64,000 nucleotides of DNA from an uncultured Pseudomonadota bacterium. Its GTDB lineage: Bacteria; Pseudomonadota; Alphaproteobacteria; JACZXZ01. The stretch spans positions 192,001 through 256,000 of the forward strand of contig CAVVLJ010000016.1 in NCBI GenBank assembly GCA_963749075.1, in the 5' to 3' direction. A model generated the notes under the pieces. It saw only the letters and a program-made list of their open reading frames with translations, was not told the DNA's origin and ran no database searches. The translations under genes and the position numbers were made by a program. Shown here piece after piece: positions 10,452 to 20,431 of the stretch. The stretch's first letter is position 1. Every line of letters begins with the position of its first letter.

Positions 10452-12305
10452 TTGAGCTTCCTCTTCGTCCAGTTCCTCACCGGGCTCACCTCGGCGTCGT
10501 CGCTCTTTCTCGTGGCCGCCGGCCTCTCGATCATCTTCGGCGTGACGCGCATCGTCAATTTCGCCCACGGCTCGTTCTACATGCTGGGCGCCTATATCGC
10601 CTACAGCCTGGCCACGCGGCTCGCGGGGCCGCTCGGCTACTGGGCCTCGGTGCTGCTCGCGGCCCTCGCGGTGGGCGTCATCGGCGTGGCGGCGGAGCTC
10701 CTGATCCTCCGCCGCATCTATCGCGCACCCGAGCTCTTCCCGCTCCTCGCGACCTTCGGCCTGGTGCTCGTCGTGGAGGATGCGACGCTCGCGATCTGGG
10801 GGCCCGACGATCTGCTCGGCCCCCGGGCGCCCGGCCTCGAGGGCGCCGTCGACATCTTCGGGCGCGCCTTTCCCGCTTACGATCTCGTGCTGATGGCGCT
10901 CGGCCCGCTCGTGCTCGCCGGCCTCTGGCTCCTCTTCCACCGTACGCGCTGGGGCACCCTCGTGCGCGCCGCGACCGAGGACCGCGACATGGTGGCAGCA
11001 CTCGGCGTGCGCGAGGCGAGCCTCTTCACCAGCGTCTTCTTCCTCGGCGCCTTCCTGGCCGGCCTGGGCGGCGCCGTCGAGCTGCCGCGCGAGTCGGTCA
11101 ATCTGCACATGGACATCAATACGGTCACCGAGGCGTTCGTCGTCGTGGTGGTCGGCGGCATGGGCTCGATCGCCGGCGCCTTCCTCGCGGCCGTCCTCAT
11201 CGGCGAGCTCAACGCCTTCGGCATCCTCGTCTTCCCGCAGGTGACGCTCGTGCTGACCTTCCTGGTCATGGCCGTCGTGCTGGTGGTGCGGCCGTGGGGG
11301 CTCCTGGGCCGGCCCGAGACGGGTCAGCGCCCACCTGGCAGAGTGGCGGAGCTGACCGGCGGGCTGCCTGCGGGGCGGCAGGCGCTCGCCGCACTTGGCG
11401 CAGGCGCACTCCTTCTCCTGCTCCCGCTCGGCGTGGGCGACTATGGCCTCGTCCTCCTCACCGAGATACTCGTGCTGGCGCTCTTCGCCGCAAGCCTCCA
11501 TTTCATCATGGGTCCCGGCGGGCTCGTCTCCTTCGGCCATGCCGCCTATTTCGGCCTCGGCGCCTACGGTGCCGCACTCGTCGTGAGCCGTCTCGGGCTC
11601 GGCATGGCGCCGGCGCTCCTCGCAGCCCCTCTCCTCGCAGGGGCCGGAGCGCTGCTCTTCGGCTGGTTCTCCGTGCGCCTCTCGGGCGTCTATTTCGCCA
11701 TGCTCACGCTCGCCTTCGCCGAGATCGTCTGGTCGGGTGCGAGCCAGTGGACGGCGTTCACCGGCGGCGACAACGGCATCCTCGGCGTGTGGCCGGCGCG
11801 CGTGCTGGGCGGCAGGCTCGGCCTCTACTATCTGGCACTGGCACTCTGCGGCGGCGGCGTCCTGCTGCTGCGCCGTCTCGCCGCGGCGCCCTTCGGCTAC
11901 ACGCTGCGCGCCGGCCGCGATTCGCCGTTGCGCGCCGACGCGATCGGCATCGACGTGCGCCGCCACCAGTGGCTCGCCTTCATCGCCATGGGGGCGCTTG
12001 CCGGCCTTGCGGGCGGGGTCCTCGCCTTCTCGACCGGCAGCGTGTTCCCGACCGTGCTGGCCATCCCCAACTCGGTCGACGCCCTCGTCATGGTGCTGCT
12101 CGGCGGCCTCCATGCGCTCGACGGCCCGCTCGTGGGTGCCGCGGTCTTCACCGGCCTCAGCGAGGAGATCGCTCCCTTGACCGACTATTGGCGCGGCATC
12201 GTCGGCGCCATCATCCTCCTGCTCGTGCTGAGCTTCCCCGAGGGCATCGTCGGCTTCGCGCGCGCCCGGCTCGGCCGCGGCAGCGGAAGCGGGGAGGGCG
12301 CATGA
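10452..12305 (+). CDS. Fused LivH-LivM type ABC permease
   Basis: NFAHGSFYMLG and VSFGHAAYFGLG motifs in one 617-aa hydrophobic ORF. Confidence 0.88.
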   Translation: MSFLFVQFLTGLTSASSLFLVAAGLSIIFGVTRIVNFAHGSFYMLGAYIAYSLATRLAGPLGYWASVLLAALAVGVIGVAAELLILRRIYRAPELFPLLATFGLVLVVEDATLAIWGPDDLLGPRAPGLEGAVDIFGRAFPAYDLVLMALGPLVLAGLWLLFHRTRWGTLVRAATEDRDMVAALGVREASLFTSVFFLGAFLAGLGGAVELPRESVNLHMDINTVTEAFVVVVVGGMGSIAGAFLAAVLIGELNAFGILVFPQVTLVLTFLVMAVVLVVRPWGLLGRPETGQRPPGRVAELTGGLPAGRQALAALGAGALLLLLPLGVGDYGLVLLTEILVLALFAASLHFIMGPGGLVSFGHAAYFGLGAYGAALVVSRLGLGMAPALLAAPLLAGAGALLFGWFSVRLSGVYFAMLTLAFAEIVWSGASQWTAFTGGDNGILGVWPARVLGGRLGLYYLALALCGGGVLLLRRLAAAPFGYTLRAGRDSPLRADAIGIDVRRHQWLAFIAMGALAGLAGGVLAFSTGSVFPTVLAIPNSVDALVMVLLGGLHALDGPLVGAAVFTGLSEEIAPLTDYWRGIVGAIILLLVLSFPEGIVGFARARLGRGSGSGEGA

Positions 12306-13052
12306 GCCTCCTGAGCGTGAGCGCCCTCTCGAAATCCTTCGGCGGCGTGCGCGCGGTGGCCGAGCTGGCCTTTGACCTGGCAGCCGGAGAAATCCTCGCC
12401 CTCATCGGACCGAACGGCGCCGGCAAGACGACCTGCTTCAACATGCTGGGCGGCCAGCTGCGCCCCGACCGCGGCAGCATCCGCCTCGACGGACGCGAGC
12501 TCGTCGGCCTCAGGCCGCGCGAGATTCTGGCGCCTCGGCGTCGGGCGCACCTTCCAGATCACCGCCACCTTCGCCTCGATGAGCGTGCGCGAGAATGTGC
12601 AGATGGCGCTCATCTCGCGCCGGCGCCGCACGCTCGAGCCCTGGCCGCGGGCAGGTGCCCTCTACCGCGCCGAGGCGGGCGCACTCCTCGAGCGCGTCGG
12701 CATCGCCGGCGAGGCGGAGCGCTCCTGCGGCACGCTCGCCTACGGCGACTTGAAGCGCGTCGAGCTCGCCGTCGCCCTCGCCAACGAGCCGCGCCTCCTC
12801 CTCATGGACGAGCCCACCGCGGGCATGGCGCCCGCCGAACGCACGGCGCTCATGCAGCTCGTCGCGGAGATCGTGCGCGAGCGCGGCACCAGCGTGCTCT
12901 TCACCGAGCACGACATGGACGTCGTCTTCGCCCACGCCGACCGCATCATCGTGCTCGACCGCGGCGCCCTCATCGCCGAGGGAGAGCCCGGGCGCGTGCG
13001 CAGGGACGCCCGCGTGCGCGAGATCTACCTCGGCCAGGCGGAGAGCCTCTGA
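12302..13052 (+). CDS. LivG-type ABC ATPase; +1 frameshift at ~12525, probably a sequencing error
   Basis: GPNGAGKTT Walker A in one frame and LLMDEPTAG in another; removing one T in GAGATTCTGG gives EIWRLGVGRTFQ. Confidence 0.85.
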
Positions 13053-13753
13053 TGCTCTCCGCGGCAGGGCTCAACAGCTATTACGGCCGCGCCCACATCC
13101 TCTTCGATCTGGCGCTCGAGGTGCGCCGCGGCGAGGTGGTGGTCCTTCTCGGGCGCAACGGCGCGGGGAAATCGACCACCCTCAAGACCATCATCGGCCT
13201 GGTGCCGCCCGCCTCGGGCGAGCTGCGCTTCCTGGGGCAGTCGATCCGCGGCCTGGCGCCCTATGCCATCAGCCGGCTCGGCATGGGCTATGTGCCGGAG
13301 GAGCGGCGCATCTTCCGCGAGCTCACCGTGATGGAGAACCTCGAGGTCGGCCGCCGGCCGCCGCGGCCGGGCCTCTCAGCCTGGACGCCGGCGCGGCTCT
13401 TCGAGCTCTTCCCCAACCTCGCGGAGATGCGCGGCCGCCGCGGCGGCATGATGAGCGGCGGCGAGCAGCAGATGCTGACCATCGCGCGCACGCTCATGGG
13501 CAATCCGGCGCTCCTCCTCCTCGACGAGCCTTCCGAGGGCCTGGCACCGGTGATCGTGGCCTCGATCGCGCGCACCGTCCGTGCACTCAAGGCCGAGGGC
13601 CTCACGGTGGTGCTCTCCGAGCAGAATGTGCGCTTCGCCGAGCTGGTGGGCGACCGCGCCTACATCATCGAGAAGGGCCGCATCCGCTACCACGGCACCA
13701 TGGCCGAGCTCGCCGCCGACGAGGCGGTGCGGGCGAAGTATCTGACGATATGA
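13052..13753 (+). CDS. LivF-type ABC ATPase
   Basis: GRNGAGKST, MSGGEQQM, LLLDEPSEGLAP. Confidence 0.9.
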   Translation: MLSAAGLNSYYGRAHILFDLALEVRRGEVVVLLGRNGAGKSTTLKTIIGLVPPASGELRFLGQSIRGLAPYAISRLGMGYVPEERRIFRELTVMENLEVGRRPPRPGLSAWTPARLFELFPNLAEMRGRRGGMMSGGEQQMLTIARTLMGNPALLLLDEPSEGLAPVIVASIARTVRALKAEGLTVVLSEQNVRFAELVGDRAYIIEKGRIRYHGTMAELAADEAVRAKYLTI

Positions 13754-13770
13754 TGGCCGGGACTGTGAGC

Positions 13771-13875
13771 TACCCCCCTCCCTACCCTCCCCCTCAAGGG
13801 GGGAGGGGATAGCATTGGCGGGCTCGAAAAATTGTACCCCCTCCCCCTTGAAGGGGGAGGGTTGGGGAGGGGGTG
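13771..13875. repeat. Family A-related bipartite inverted repeat
   Basis: Two CCCTCCCCCT-N-AGGGGGAGGG hairpins in inverted arrangement. Confidence 0.75.
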
Positions 13876-13930
13876 ACGTGCGTGGCACGCGACAGCTTGC
13901 CCTGACAGTGGGGCTTTGCCAGAGTAAGGA

Positions 13931-13948
13931 TCGTTCGCGTACGAATGA
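13931..13948. promoter_or_regulatory. Second copy of putative MarR/NicR operator
   Basis: TCGTTCGCGTACGAATGA; its reverse complement shares TTCGTAC-CGAAC with the 2443-2464 palindrome. Confidence 0.55.
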
Positions 13949-13972
13949 CTTCGGCAGGCGAGGGAGGAGAGC

Positions 13973-15166
13973 ATGGCGGAAGCTCAAGGGGCGGCGGCGG
14001 CGGGCAAGCTCGTCGTGCGCAACATCGGCCTTCTGTTGTCGGGCGACCTCGAGAGGCCCATCCTCGATGCCGACACCATCGTCGCGGAAGGCGGGCGCAT
14101 CACAGGCGTCGGCAAGGCCAAGGACGTGGATGCGGAGGGTGCGGCGGTGGTGGTCGACGCCAAGGGGACGACGCTCGCCCCCGGGCTCATCGACAGCCAC
14201 GTGCATCCCGTCTTCGGCGACTGGACGCCGCGCCAGAGCCAGCTCAACTGGATCGACAGCTACCTCCACGGCGGCGTCACCACCATGATCTCGGCGGGCG
14301 AGGTGCATCTCCCCGGCCGGCCCAAGGACATCGTCGGCTTGAAGGCGCTCGCGATTACCGCCCAGCGCGCCTTCGACGGCTTTCGCCCAAGCGGCGTCAA
14401 GGTGCACGCCGGCGCTCCCGTGCTCGAGCACGGCATGGTCGAGAGCGACTTCAAGGAGCTCGCCGAGGCGGGCGTCAAGCTCCTGGGCGAGGTCGGGCTG
14501 GGCGGCGTCAAGGCGGGCTCGGAAGCGCGCCAGATGGTGGCCTGGGCGCGCAAGTACGGCATCAAGAGCACGATCCACACCGGCGGCCCCTCGATCCCCG
14601 GCTCCGGCCTCATCGACAAGGACGTGGTGCTCGAGGCCGACGCCGACGTGATCGGCCACATCAACGGCGGCCACACGGCACTCCCGGTCGAGCAGATCCT
14701 CGAGCTCTGCGTGCGCTGCCGGCGCGCCATCGAGATCGTGCACAACGGCAACGAGCTCGCCGGGCTCTTTGCACTTCGCACGGCGCGCGAGCTGAAGCAG
14801 CTCGGCCGCGTCATCCTCGGCAGCGACAGCCCGGCCGGCTCGGGCGTGCAGCCGCTCGGCATCCTCCGCATGGTGGCGATGCTCTCGAGCCTCGGCGAGG
14901 TGCCGGCCGAGGAGGTCTTCTGCTTCGCGACCGGCAATACGGCGCGGCTGCGCTCGCTCGACTGCGGTCTCATCGAGGTCGGCCGCGCCGCGGACTTCGT
15001 CATCATGGACCGCGCGCAGCACACCAGCGGCAACACCCTTCTCGAGAGCGTGCGCAAGGGCGACATCCCGGGCGTCGGCATGACGATCATCGACGGCGTC
15101 GTGCGCTCGGGCCGCAGCCGCAACACGCCGCCGGCGACCACCATGCCCGAGATCGTCGGGCATTAG
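13973..15166 (+). CDS. Enamidase-like amidohydrolase
   Basis: PGLIDSHVH, HTGGPSIPGS, GHINGG, GSDSPAGSG motifs; nicotinate cluster. Confidence 0.85.
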   Translation: MAEAQGAAAAGKLVVRNIGLLLSGDLERPILDADTIVAEGGRITGVGKAKDVDAEGAAVVVDAKGTTLAPGLIDSHVHPVFGDWTPRQSQLNWIDSYLHGGVTTMISAGEVHLPGRPKDIVGLKALAITAQRAFDGFRPSGVKVHAGAPVLEHGMVESDFKELAEAGVKLLGEVGLGGVKAGSEARQMVAWARKYGIKSTIHTGGPSIPGSGLIDKDVVLEADADVIGHINGGHTALPVEQILELCVRCRRAIEIVHNGNELAGLFALRTARELKQLGRVILGSDSPAGSGVQPLGILRMVAMLSSLGEVPAEEVFCFATGNTARLRSLDCGLIEVGRAADFVIMDRAQHTSGNTLLESVRKGDIPGVGMTIIDGVVRSGRSRNTPPATTMPEIVGH

Positions 15167-15169
15167 GGG

Positions 15170-15631
15170 ATGGCCCGCCCGCACGGCGCCGCCTCTCTCG
15201 CGGCTCCCCGGCGCATCGCAGGCTACGTGCTCGAGGCGCAGATCGGCTTCGTGTTGCGCCAGGCGCAGCAGCGCGCGACCGCGATCTTCATGAGCCATTT
15301 CGGCCGCCACCAGCTCACGCCCACGCAATGGACGACGCTCGTCCGCATCGCCGAGTACGGCAGCCTGTCGCAGAACCACCTCGGCCGCTTGACCGCCATG
15401 GATCCCGCGACCATCCAGGGCGTCGTCGAGCGCCTCATCGAGCGCCGGCTCGCGACGCGCATCGCCGACACGCAAGACCGGCGGCGCAAGCGCCTCGGCT
15501 TGACGTCCGCGGGGCAGCGCCTCGTGCGCAAGCTCGTGGGAAGCGCGCTCAATGTGAGCCGCGAGACGCTCCGCCCGCTCAGGCCTGGCGAGCGGGCGCT
15601 CATCCTCGACCTCCTGGCGCGACTCGGGTAG
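15170..15631 (+). CDS. MarR family regulator (NicR-like)
   Basis: YVLEAQIGFVLRQAQQR, LTPTQW, SQNHLGRLTAMDPATIQGVV, DRRR. Confidence 0.85.
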   Translation: MARPHGAASLAAPRRIAGYVLEAQIGFVLRQAQQRATAIFMSHFGRHQLTPTQWTTLVRIAEYGSLSQNHLGRLTAMDPATIQGVVERLIERRLATRIADTQDRRRKRLGLTSAGQRLVRKLVGSALNVSRETLRPLRPGERALILDLLARLG

Positions 15632-15796
15632 CGGCGGCGCGCGCCGCCCCCTTCGGCTTCTCCACGCCCACCGGCGATAGTGCTTCCCGGCAATCCGGCG
15701 AATTGCTATGATCGCCGCCCGTCCAGTAGTCATCCGCGGGAACGTCGGTTGATTGCGCCCATGGCCGGTTCGTATCGGGCTGGCCTTGAGGTGGCA

Positions 15797-17371
15797 ATGG
15801 CGACCAGAGCGCTCCTCGTCTTTCCCAAGTTCAATCCCAACTCGTTCTGGAGCCTGCAGGCCGCCTGCGACTTCTACGGCGCGCGCTGCGTGGCGCCGCC
15901 CCTCGGCCTCATCACGATGGCCGCCATGCTGCCGTCCGACTGGAGCCTCCGCCTCGTCAACCGCAATGCCGAGGAGCTCGAGGCGGATCAGCTCGAGTGG
16001 GCCGATCTCGTGCTGACGGGCGGCATGATGCCGCAGCGCCAGGACACCCTCTCCCTCATCGAGCGCTGCCATGCCCAGGGCAAGCCGGTGGCCGTCGGCG
16101 GCCCGGACGTCATGTCGTGCCCCGAGCTCTACCGTGCTGCGGACTTTCTCGTCCTGGGAGAGGCGGAGGGCATGATCGGGCGCTTTCTCGAGGCGTGGCA
16201 GGCGGGCGCCAGGTGCGGGGTTTTCGAAGGCAGGAAATTCCAGGCCGACGTGACGAAATCGCCGGTGCCGCGCTTCGATCTGCTCGACTTCAAGCATTAT
16301 CTCTTCATCGGCGTGCAGTATTCGCGCGGCTGTCCCTTCAACTGCGAGTTCTGCGACATCATCGAGCTCTACGGGCGCGTGCCGCGGACGAAGACGGACG
16401 CGCAGATGCTGGGCGAGCTCGACGCCCTCCACCGCGCGGGCTATCGCGGCCACGTGGATTTCGTCGACGACAATTTCATCGGCAACAAGAAGGCGCTGAA
16501 GCGCTTTCTTCCCCTGCTGCGCGCCTGGCAGGAGGAGCGCGGCTATCCCTTCGAGTTCTCGACCGAGGCCTCGATGAACCTCGCGGACGATCCGCAGCTC
16601 TTGAAGATGATGCGCGAGGCGAATTTCTTCGCCGTGTTCACGGGCATCGAGAGTCCGGACACCGAGACGCTCATCGCCACGCAAAAGAAGCAGAACACCA
16701 GGCGCAGCCTCGCCGACAGCGTCCACCGCATCTACGAGGCGGGCATGCTGGTGACCGCCGGCTTCATCGTCGGTTTCGACACGGAAAAATGCGGCATGGC
16801 GGACGGCATGATCGACTGCATCGAGGCGACGAGCGTTCCCGTCGCCATGGTCGGCCTGCTGACGGCGCTGCCGAACACCCAGCTCACCCGGCGCCTCGAC
16901 GGCGAGGGCCGGCTGCTGCCGATCGACGTGAGCAAGGGCGACCAGTGCACCGCCGGGCTGAATTTCGTCACCTTGCGCCCGCGCCGCGACATCCTGGCGG
17001 ATTACAAGTCCGTCCTCGAAGGCGCCTATCGGCCTCAGGCCTATTTCTCCCGGGTGCGCCGGCTCGGACGCGCGCTCAACCGCCCGAAATACTCGATGCC
17101 GCCGATCAAGGGATGGCGCTGGGCGTTCGGCCTCCTGGGCCGCCTCGCTTGGCGCATGACGGTCGAGGAGCCGGGATTGCGCCGCGAATTCTGGCGCACG
17201 ATGCTCGATTGCGCGCTCCACAACGTGCGCGGCTTGCAATATGTCGTCATGATGACGGTCTTCTATCTGCACCTCGGGCCCTTCGCCGAATTCCTTATTG
17301 GCGAATTGGACCGCCGCATCGAGGCGGAGGAGCGGGACGCGGCACCGCGGCCCCTTCGCCTCTCGGCCTGA
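15797..17371 (+). CDS. B12-binding domain radical SAM protein (DUF4070-type)
   Basis: PPLGL..A, GGP, SRGCPFNCEFCD (CxxxCxxC), FVDDNFIG. Confidence 0.88.
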   Translation: MATRALLVFPKFNPNSFWSLQAACDFYGARCVAPPLGLITMAAMLPSDWSLRLVNRNAEELEADQLEWADLVLTGGMMPQRQDTLSLIERCHAQGKPVAVGGPDVMSCPELYRAADFLVLGEAEGMIGRFLEAWQAGARCGVFEGRKFQADVTKSPVPRFDLLDFKHYLFIGVQYSRGCPFNCEFCDIIELYGRVPRTKTDAQMLGELDALHRAGYRGHVDFVDDNFIGNKKALKRFLPLLRAWQEERGYPFEFSTEASMNLADDPQLLKMMREANFFAVFTGIESPDTETLIATQKKQNTRRSLADSVHRIYEAGMLVTAGFIVGFDTEKCGMADGMIDCIEATSVPVAMVGLLTALPNTQLTRRLDGEGRLLPIDVSKGDQCTAGLNFVTLRPRRDILADYKSVLEGAYRPQAYFSRVRRLGRALNRPKYSMPPIKGWRWAFGLLGRLAWRMTVEEPGLRREFWRTMLDCALHNVRGLQYVVMMTVFYLHLGPFAEFLIGELDRRIEAEERDAAPRPLRLSA

Positions 17372-17475
17372 GGCATTCAGGCCGCCGCCCGCCTTTCGCC
17401 TCGGCGCAGTCCTTTGCTACAATCCGCGCGAAAATAGCGCAGGCTCGGCACCACCCGGGCCTCGAGGGAGGAACC

Positions 17476-18429
17476 ATGGCAACCAAGGCATTCGCTTCCC
17501 AAGCCGATCTCGCCGAGAAGCGCGAGAGCTTCGTCAAGCTCGCCGAGAACGCCTATTGCCTGACCGCCGAGGGCGACCCCAACACCGGCGTCATCATCGG
17601 CGACGACGGCGTCATGGTGATCGACACCCGCGCCACCCCGGTCATGGCCGAGGACGTGATCCGCCACGTGCGGAGCGTGACCGCGAAGCGCATCAAATAC
17701 GTGCTGCTGAGCCACTATCACGCGGTGCGGGTCATGGGTGCGTCTGCCTACAAGGCCGATTACGTTATCGCGAGCCGCGGCACCTACGAGCTCATCAAGG
17801 AGCGCGGCCGGCAGGATTTCGAGAGCGAGGTGCAGCGCTTCCCGCGCCTCTTCCGCGCCGTCGAGTCGGTGCCCGGCCTCACTTGGCCCAACCTCGTCTT
17901 CGACCGCGAGCTGATACTCTGGATGGGGAAGACCGAGGTGCAGTTAAGGCACATCGGCAAGGGCCACTCGAAGGGCGACACCATCGCGTGGCTGCCCAAG
18001 GAGCGCGTGCTCTTCTCGGGAGATCTCGTGGAGGAGGGTACGACGCCCTATTGCGGCGACGCCTATTTGAGGGAATGGCCGGAGACCCTCGAGAAGCTCA
18101 GCGCCTTCAAGGCCGATAAGCTGGTGCCCGGCCGCGGCGATGCCATGATGACGGCCGAGGCCGCGGACAAGGCGATCGCGGCGACCGCGGGCTTCCTCCG
18201 CGACATGCGAAGCCACGTCGAGGCGGGAGTCGCCGCGGGCAAGGGCCTGCGCGCGGTCTTCGAGGAGACCGCAAGCGCGCTCAAGCCGAAATACGGCGGT
18301 TGGGTGATCTTCGAGCACTGCCTGCCGTTCAACGTCTCGCGCTGCTTCGACGAGGCGAGCGGCATCGTCGATCCGCGCATCTGGACCGCCGAGCGGGACG
18401 TGGAGATGTGGAAGACGCTGCAAGGCTGA
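17476..18429 (+). CDS. MBL-fold metallohydrolase
   Basis: AEGDPNTG, SHYHAVR, GHSKGD, SGDLVE; SD GAGGGAGG; TGCTACAAT extended -10 upstream. Confidence 0.85.
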   Translation: MATKAFASQADLAEKRESFVKLAENAYCLTAEGDPNTGVIIGDDGVMVIDTRATPVMAEDVIRHVRSVTAKRIKYVLLSHYHAVRVMGASAYKADYVIASRGTYELIKERGRQDFESEVQRFPRLFRAVESVPGLTWPNLVFDRELILWMGKTEVQLRHIGKGHSKGDTIAWLPKERVLFSGDLVEEGTTPYCGDAYLREWPETLEKLSAFKADKLVPGRGDAMMTAEAADKAIAATAGFLRDMRSHVEAGVAAGKGLRAVFEETASALKPKYGGWVIFEHCLPFNVSRCFDEASGIVDPRIWTAERDVEMWKTLQG

Positions 18430-18524
18430 GGGCGCCGCCGGCGGCGCGCCGGCTCCACCACCTCCCTTGCGCAATCGCACCCGGTCGGCGAGGATCGGCC
18501 CATGCCGAAGGCCGAGCCATAGCC

Positions 18525-20366
18525 ATGAAATCGCCGCCCAAGCCGGCTCTCGTGCTGCGCCTTGGCGTCACCGGACACCGCCCGAACCGGCTGGCCGATG
18601 CGGCACTGCCGCGGCTCGAGCGGCAGGTGGCGGAGGTCATGGAGCTCCTGGAAGGCGTCGCCCGCGAGGTCCCCTCGGCCTATGCCGGAGTCTATAGTGG
18701 CGTGCCGCCGCCGCGGCTCAGGGTGATCTCGGCCCTTGCCCAAGGGGCGGACACGCTCGTCGCCGAGGCAGCGCTCGCGCGCGGCGCCGAGCTCGTAGCA
18801 CCGCTCCCCTTCCCGCTCGCCGACTACGAGCGGGATTTCCGCGAAGAGGCCGCGCGCGAGCGCCTGCACCGCCTGGCAGCACGCGCGTCCGCCGTCTGCG
18901 AGCTCGCGGGCAACCGCGCCCGCGAGGCGGAAGCCTACGAGGCGGTCGGGCGGCTGGTCGCGCGGCAATGCGACGTGCTGCTGGCGATCTGGGACGGCGA
19001 GCCCGCCGCCGGCCGCGGCGGTACCGCCATGATCGTGGCCTATGCCCGGCAGCTCGGCCTGCCGGTCGTTTGGCTTCATGCCGCACTCGACCGGCCGGCC
19101 GCTCTTTTGCTGCCGGAGAGCGGGCCGCAAACCGGCGAGGGCAGGCTCGAGGCGCTGCGCGAGCACCTCGTCGAGATGCTGGCGCCGCCGCCCGCCAAGC
19201 CTCGGCCGCCCGTGCTCCGCCGCGTGCTCGGCCTCGCCGAGGGCGCATCCGGCAACCTGCTCGCCGATTATTTTGCCGAGCGCAACCCTGCCTTCACCTG
19301 GGGCTGGATCTTCGCTTCCGTGCGCGACCTCGCCATCGGCCGGCTGCGCTGGCCCCAGCTGCGGGTCGCCGATTTCGCGCGTGCCACGGCGGCCGAGTGG
19401 GAGCGCGATTTCGCCTCCGCGGAGGCGGCCCTGGCAGCACTCCATGGCGCAGCGATGGCGCGCTTGCGCGAGCATTACTGTTGGGCGAACGGGCTCGCCG
19501 AGCTCTACGGCGGGCAGCACCGCAGCGCCTTCACGGTGAACTACCTGCTCGCCGCACTGGCCGTGCTCCTCGCCGCCCTTGGCATGGTGGCCCCCCATGC
19601 CGGGCGTCTCACGACGGTGCTCGAGCTGGCGAGCTTGCTTGCCATCGTCGTCATCACCTTATCGGGGAAGTCGCTGCGCTGGCACGAACGCTGGCTCACC
19701 TACCGCAACCTCGCCGAGCGCCTGCGCACGCTGCGCTTCCTCATACCGCTCGCCGAGGTGCCGCGGCTGCCGCCCCCGCCGCGGCAAGCGAACGCGAACA
19801 TGTTGCGCGCGAGCTGGATCGATTGGCTCGCCCGCGCGATCACGCGCGAGATCGGCCTGCCGAGCGCCCGTCTCGACGCGGCCTATCTTGCGGCGGCGGG
19901 CCGCTTCATCGCCACGGTCGAAGTCGGCGGGCAGATCGGCTATCATCGCGCCAACGCGGAGCGCATGCGGCATGTGGACCACCGCCTGCACCTCGCGGGC
20001 GTGGCACTCTTCGTCGTCTGCATCGCCGCCGTGATCATGCATCTCGTGCTGCACGAGGCACACGGCAGCGCTTTGGCGGAAGGTGCGGCACCTTGGCTCG
20101 GCCTTTTTTCCGCGGCGTTGCCGGCTTTCGGCGCCGCCTTCTACGGCATCCGCAGCCAGGGCGAGTTCGCGAGCCTGGTCGAGCGCTCCACGGCGACGCA
20201 TGCTGCCCTCGGCCGCCTGCGCGAGCAGCTCGATGCCGCCGCCCGCTCCGCCGAGCCGTCCCGCGATATCGCACTCGCCGCCGCGGAGGTGGCCGATGTC
20301 ATGATGATGGAGACGGCCGATTGGCACCACGCGTTCGGCGGCAAGCCGCTCGACCTGCCGGCGTGA
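18525..20366 (+). CDS. YpsA-like SLOG domain fused to two 2TM SLATT/DUF4231-like modules
   Basis: GVTGHRP, SALAQGAD, LLAIWDG..GRGGT (SLOG); TM pairs followed by RWHERWLTYRNLAERLR and QIGYH..EFASLVERS..METADW. Confidence 0.65.
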   Translation: MKSPPKPALVLRLGVTGHRPNRLADAALPRLERQVAEVMELLEGVAREVPSAYAGVYSGVPPPRLRVISALAQGADTLVAEAALARGAELVAPLPFPLADYERDFREEAARERLHRLAARASAVCELAGNRAREAEAYEAVGRLVARQCDVLLAIWDGEPAAGRGGTAMIVAYARQLGLPVVWLHAALDRPAALLLPESGPQTGEGRLEALREHLVEMLAPPPAKPRPPVLRRVLGLAEGASGNLLADYFAERNPAFTWGWIFASVRDLAIGRLRWPQLRVADFARATAAEWERDFASAEAALAALHGAAMARLREHYCWANGLAELYGGQHRSAFTVNYLLAALAVLLAALGMVAPHAGRLTTVLELASLLAIVVITLSGKSLRWHERWLTYRNLAERLRTLRFLIPLAEVPRLPPPPRQANANMLRASWIDWLARAITREIGLPSARLDAAYLAAAGRFIATVEVGGQIGYHRANAERMRHVDHRLHLAGVALFVVCIAAVIMHLVLHEAHGSALAEGAAPWLGLFSAALPAFGAAFYGIRSQGEFASLVERSTATHAALGRLREQLDAAARSAEPSRDIALAAAEVADVMMMETADWHHAFGGKPLDLPA

Positions 20367-20431
20367 GGACGCGGCGGCCAGATTGTTGAGCGAGGAGTAG
20401 CGCCGAGTGAGGAGGACTAGAGGAGGATGAC

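Noticed and set aside
8952-17272. Very long antisense ORFs (1053 aa and 1298 aa; also 1453 aa opposite groEL)
   Set aside because: Shadow ORFs of GC-rich coding strands with no recognisable motifs
17413-17423. TTTGCTACAAT resembling the CRISPR repeat 3' end
   Set aside because: Explained as an ordinary extended -10 of the MBL gene; similarity is too short
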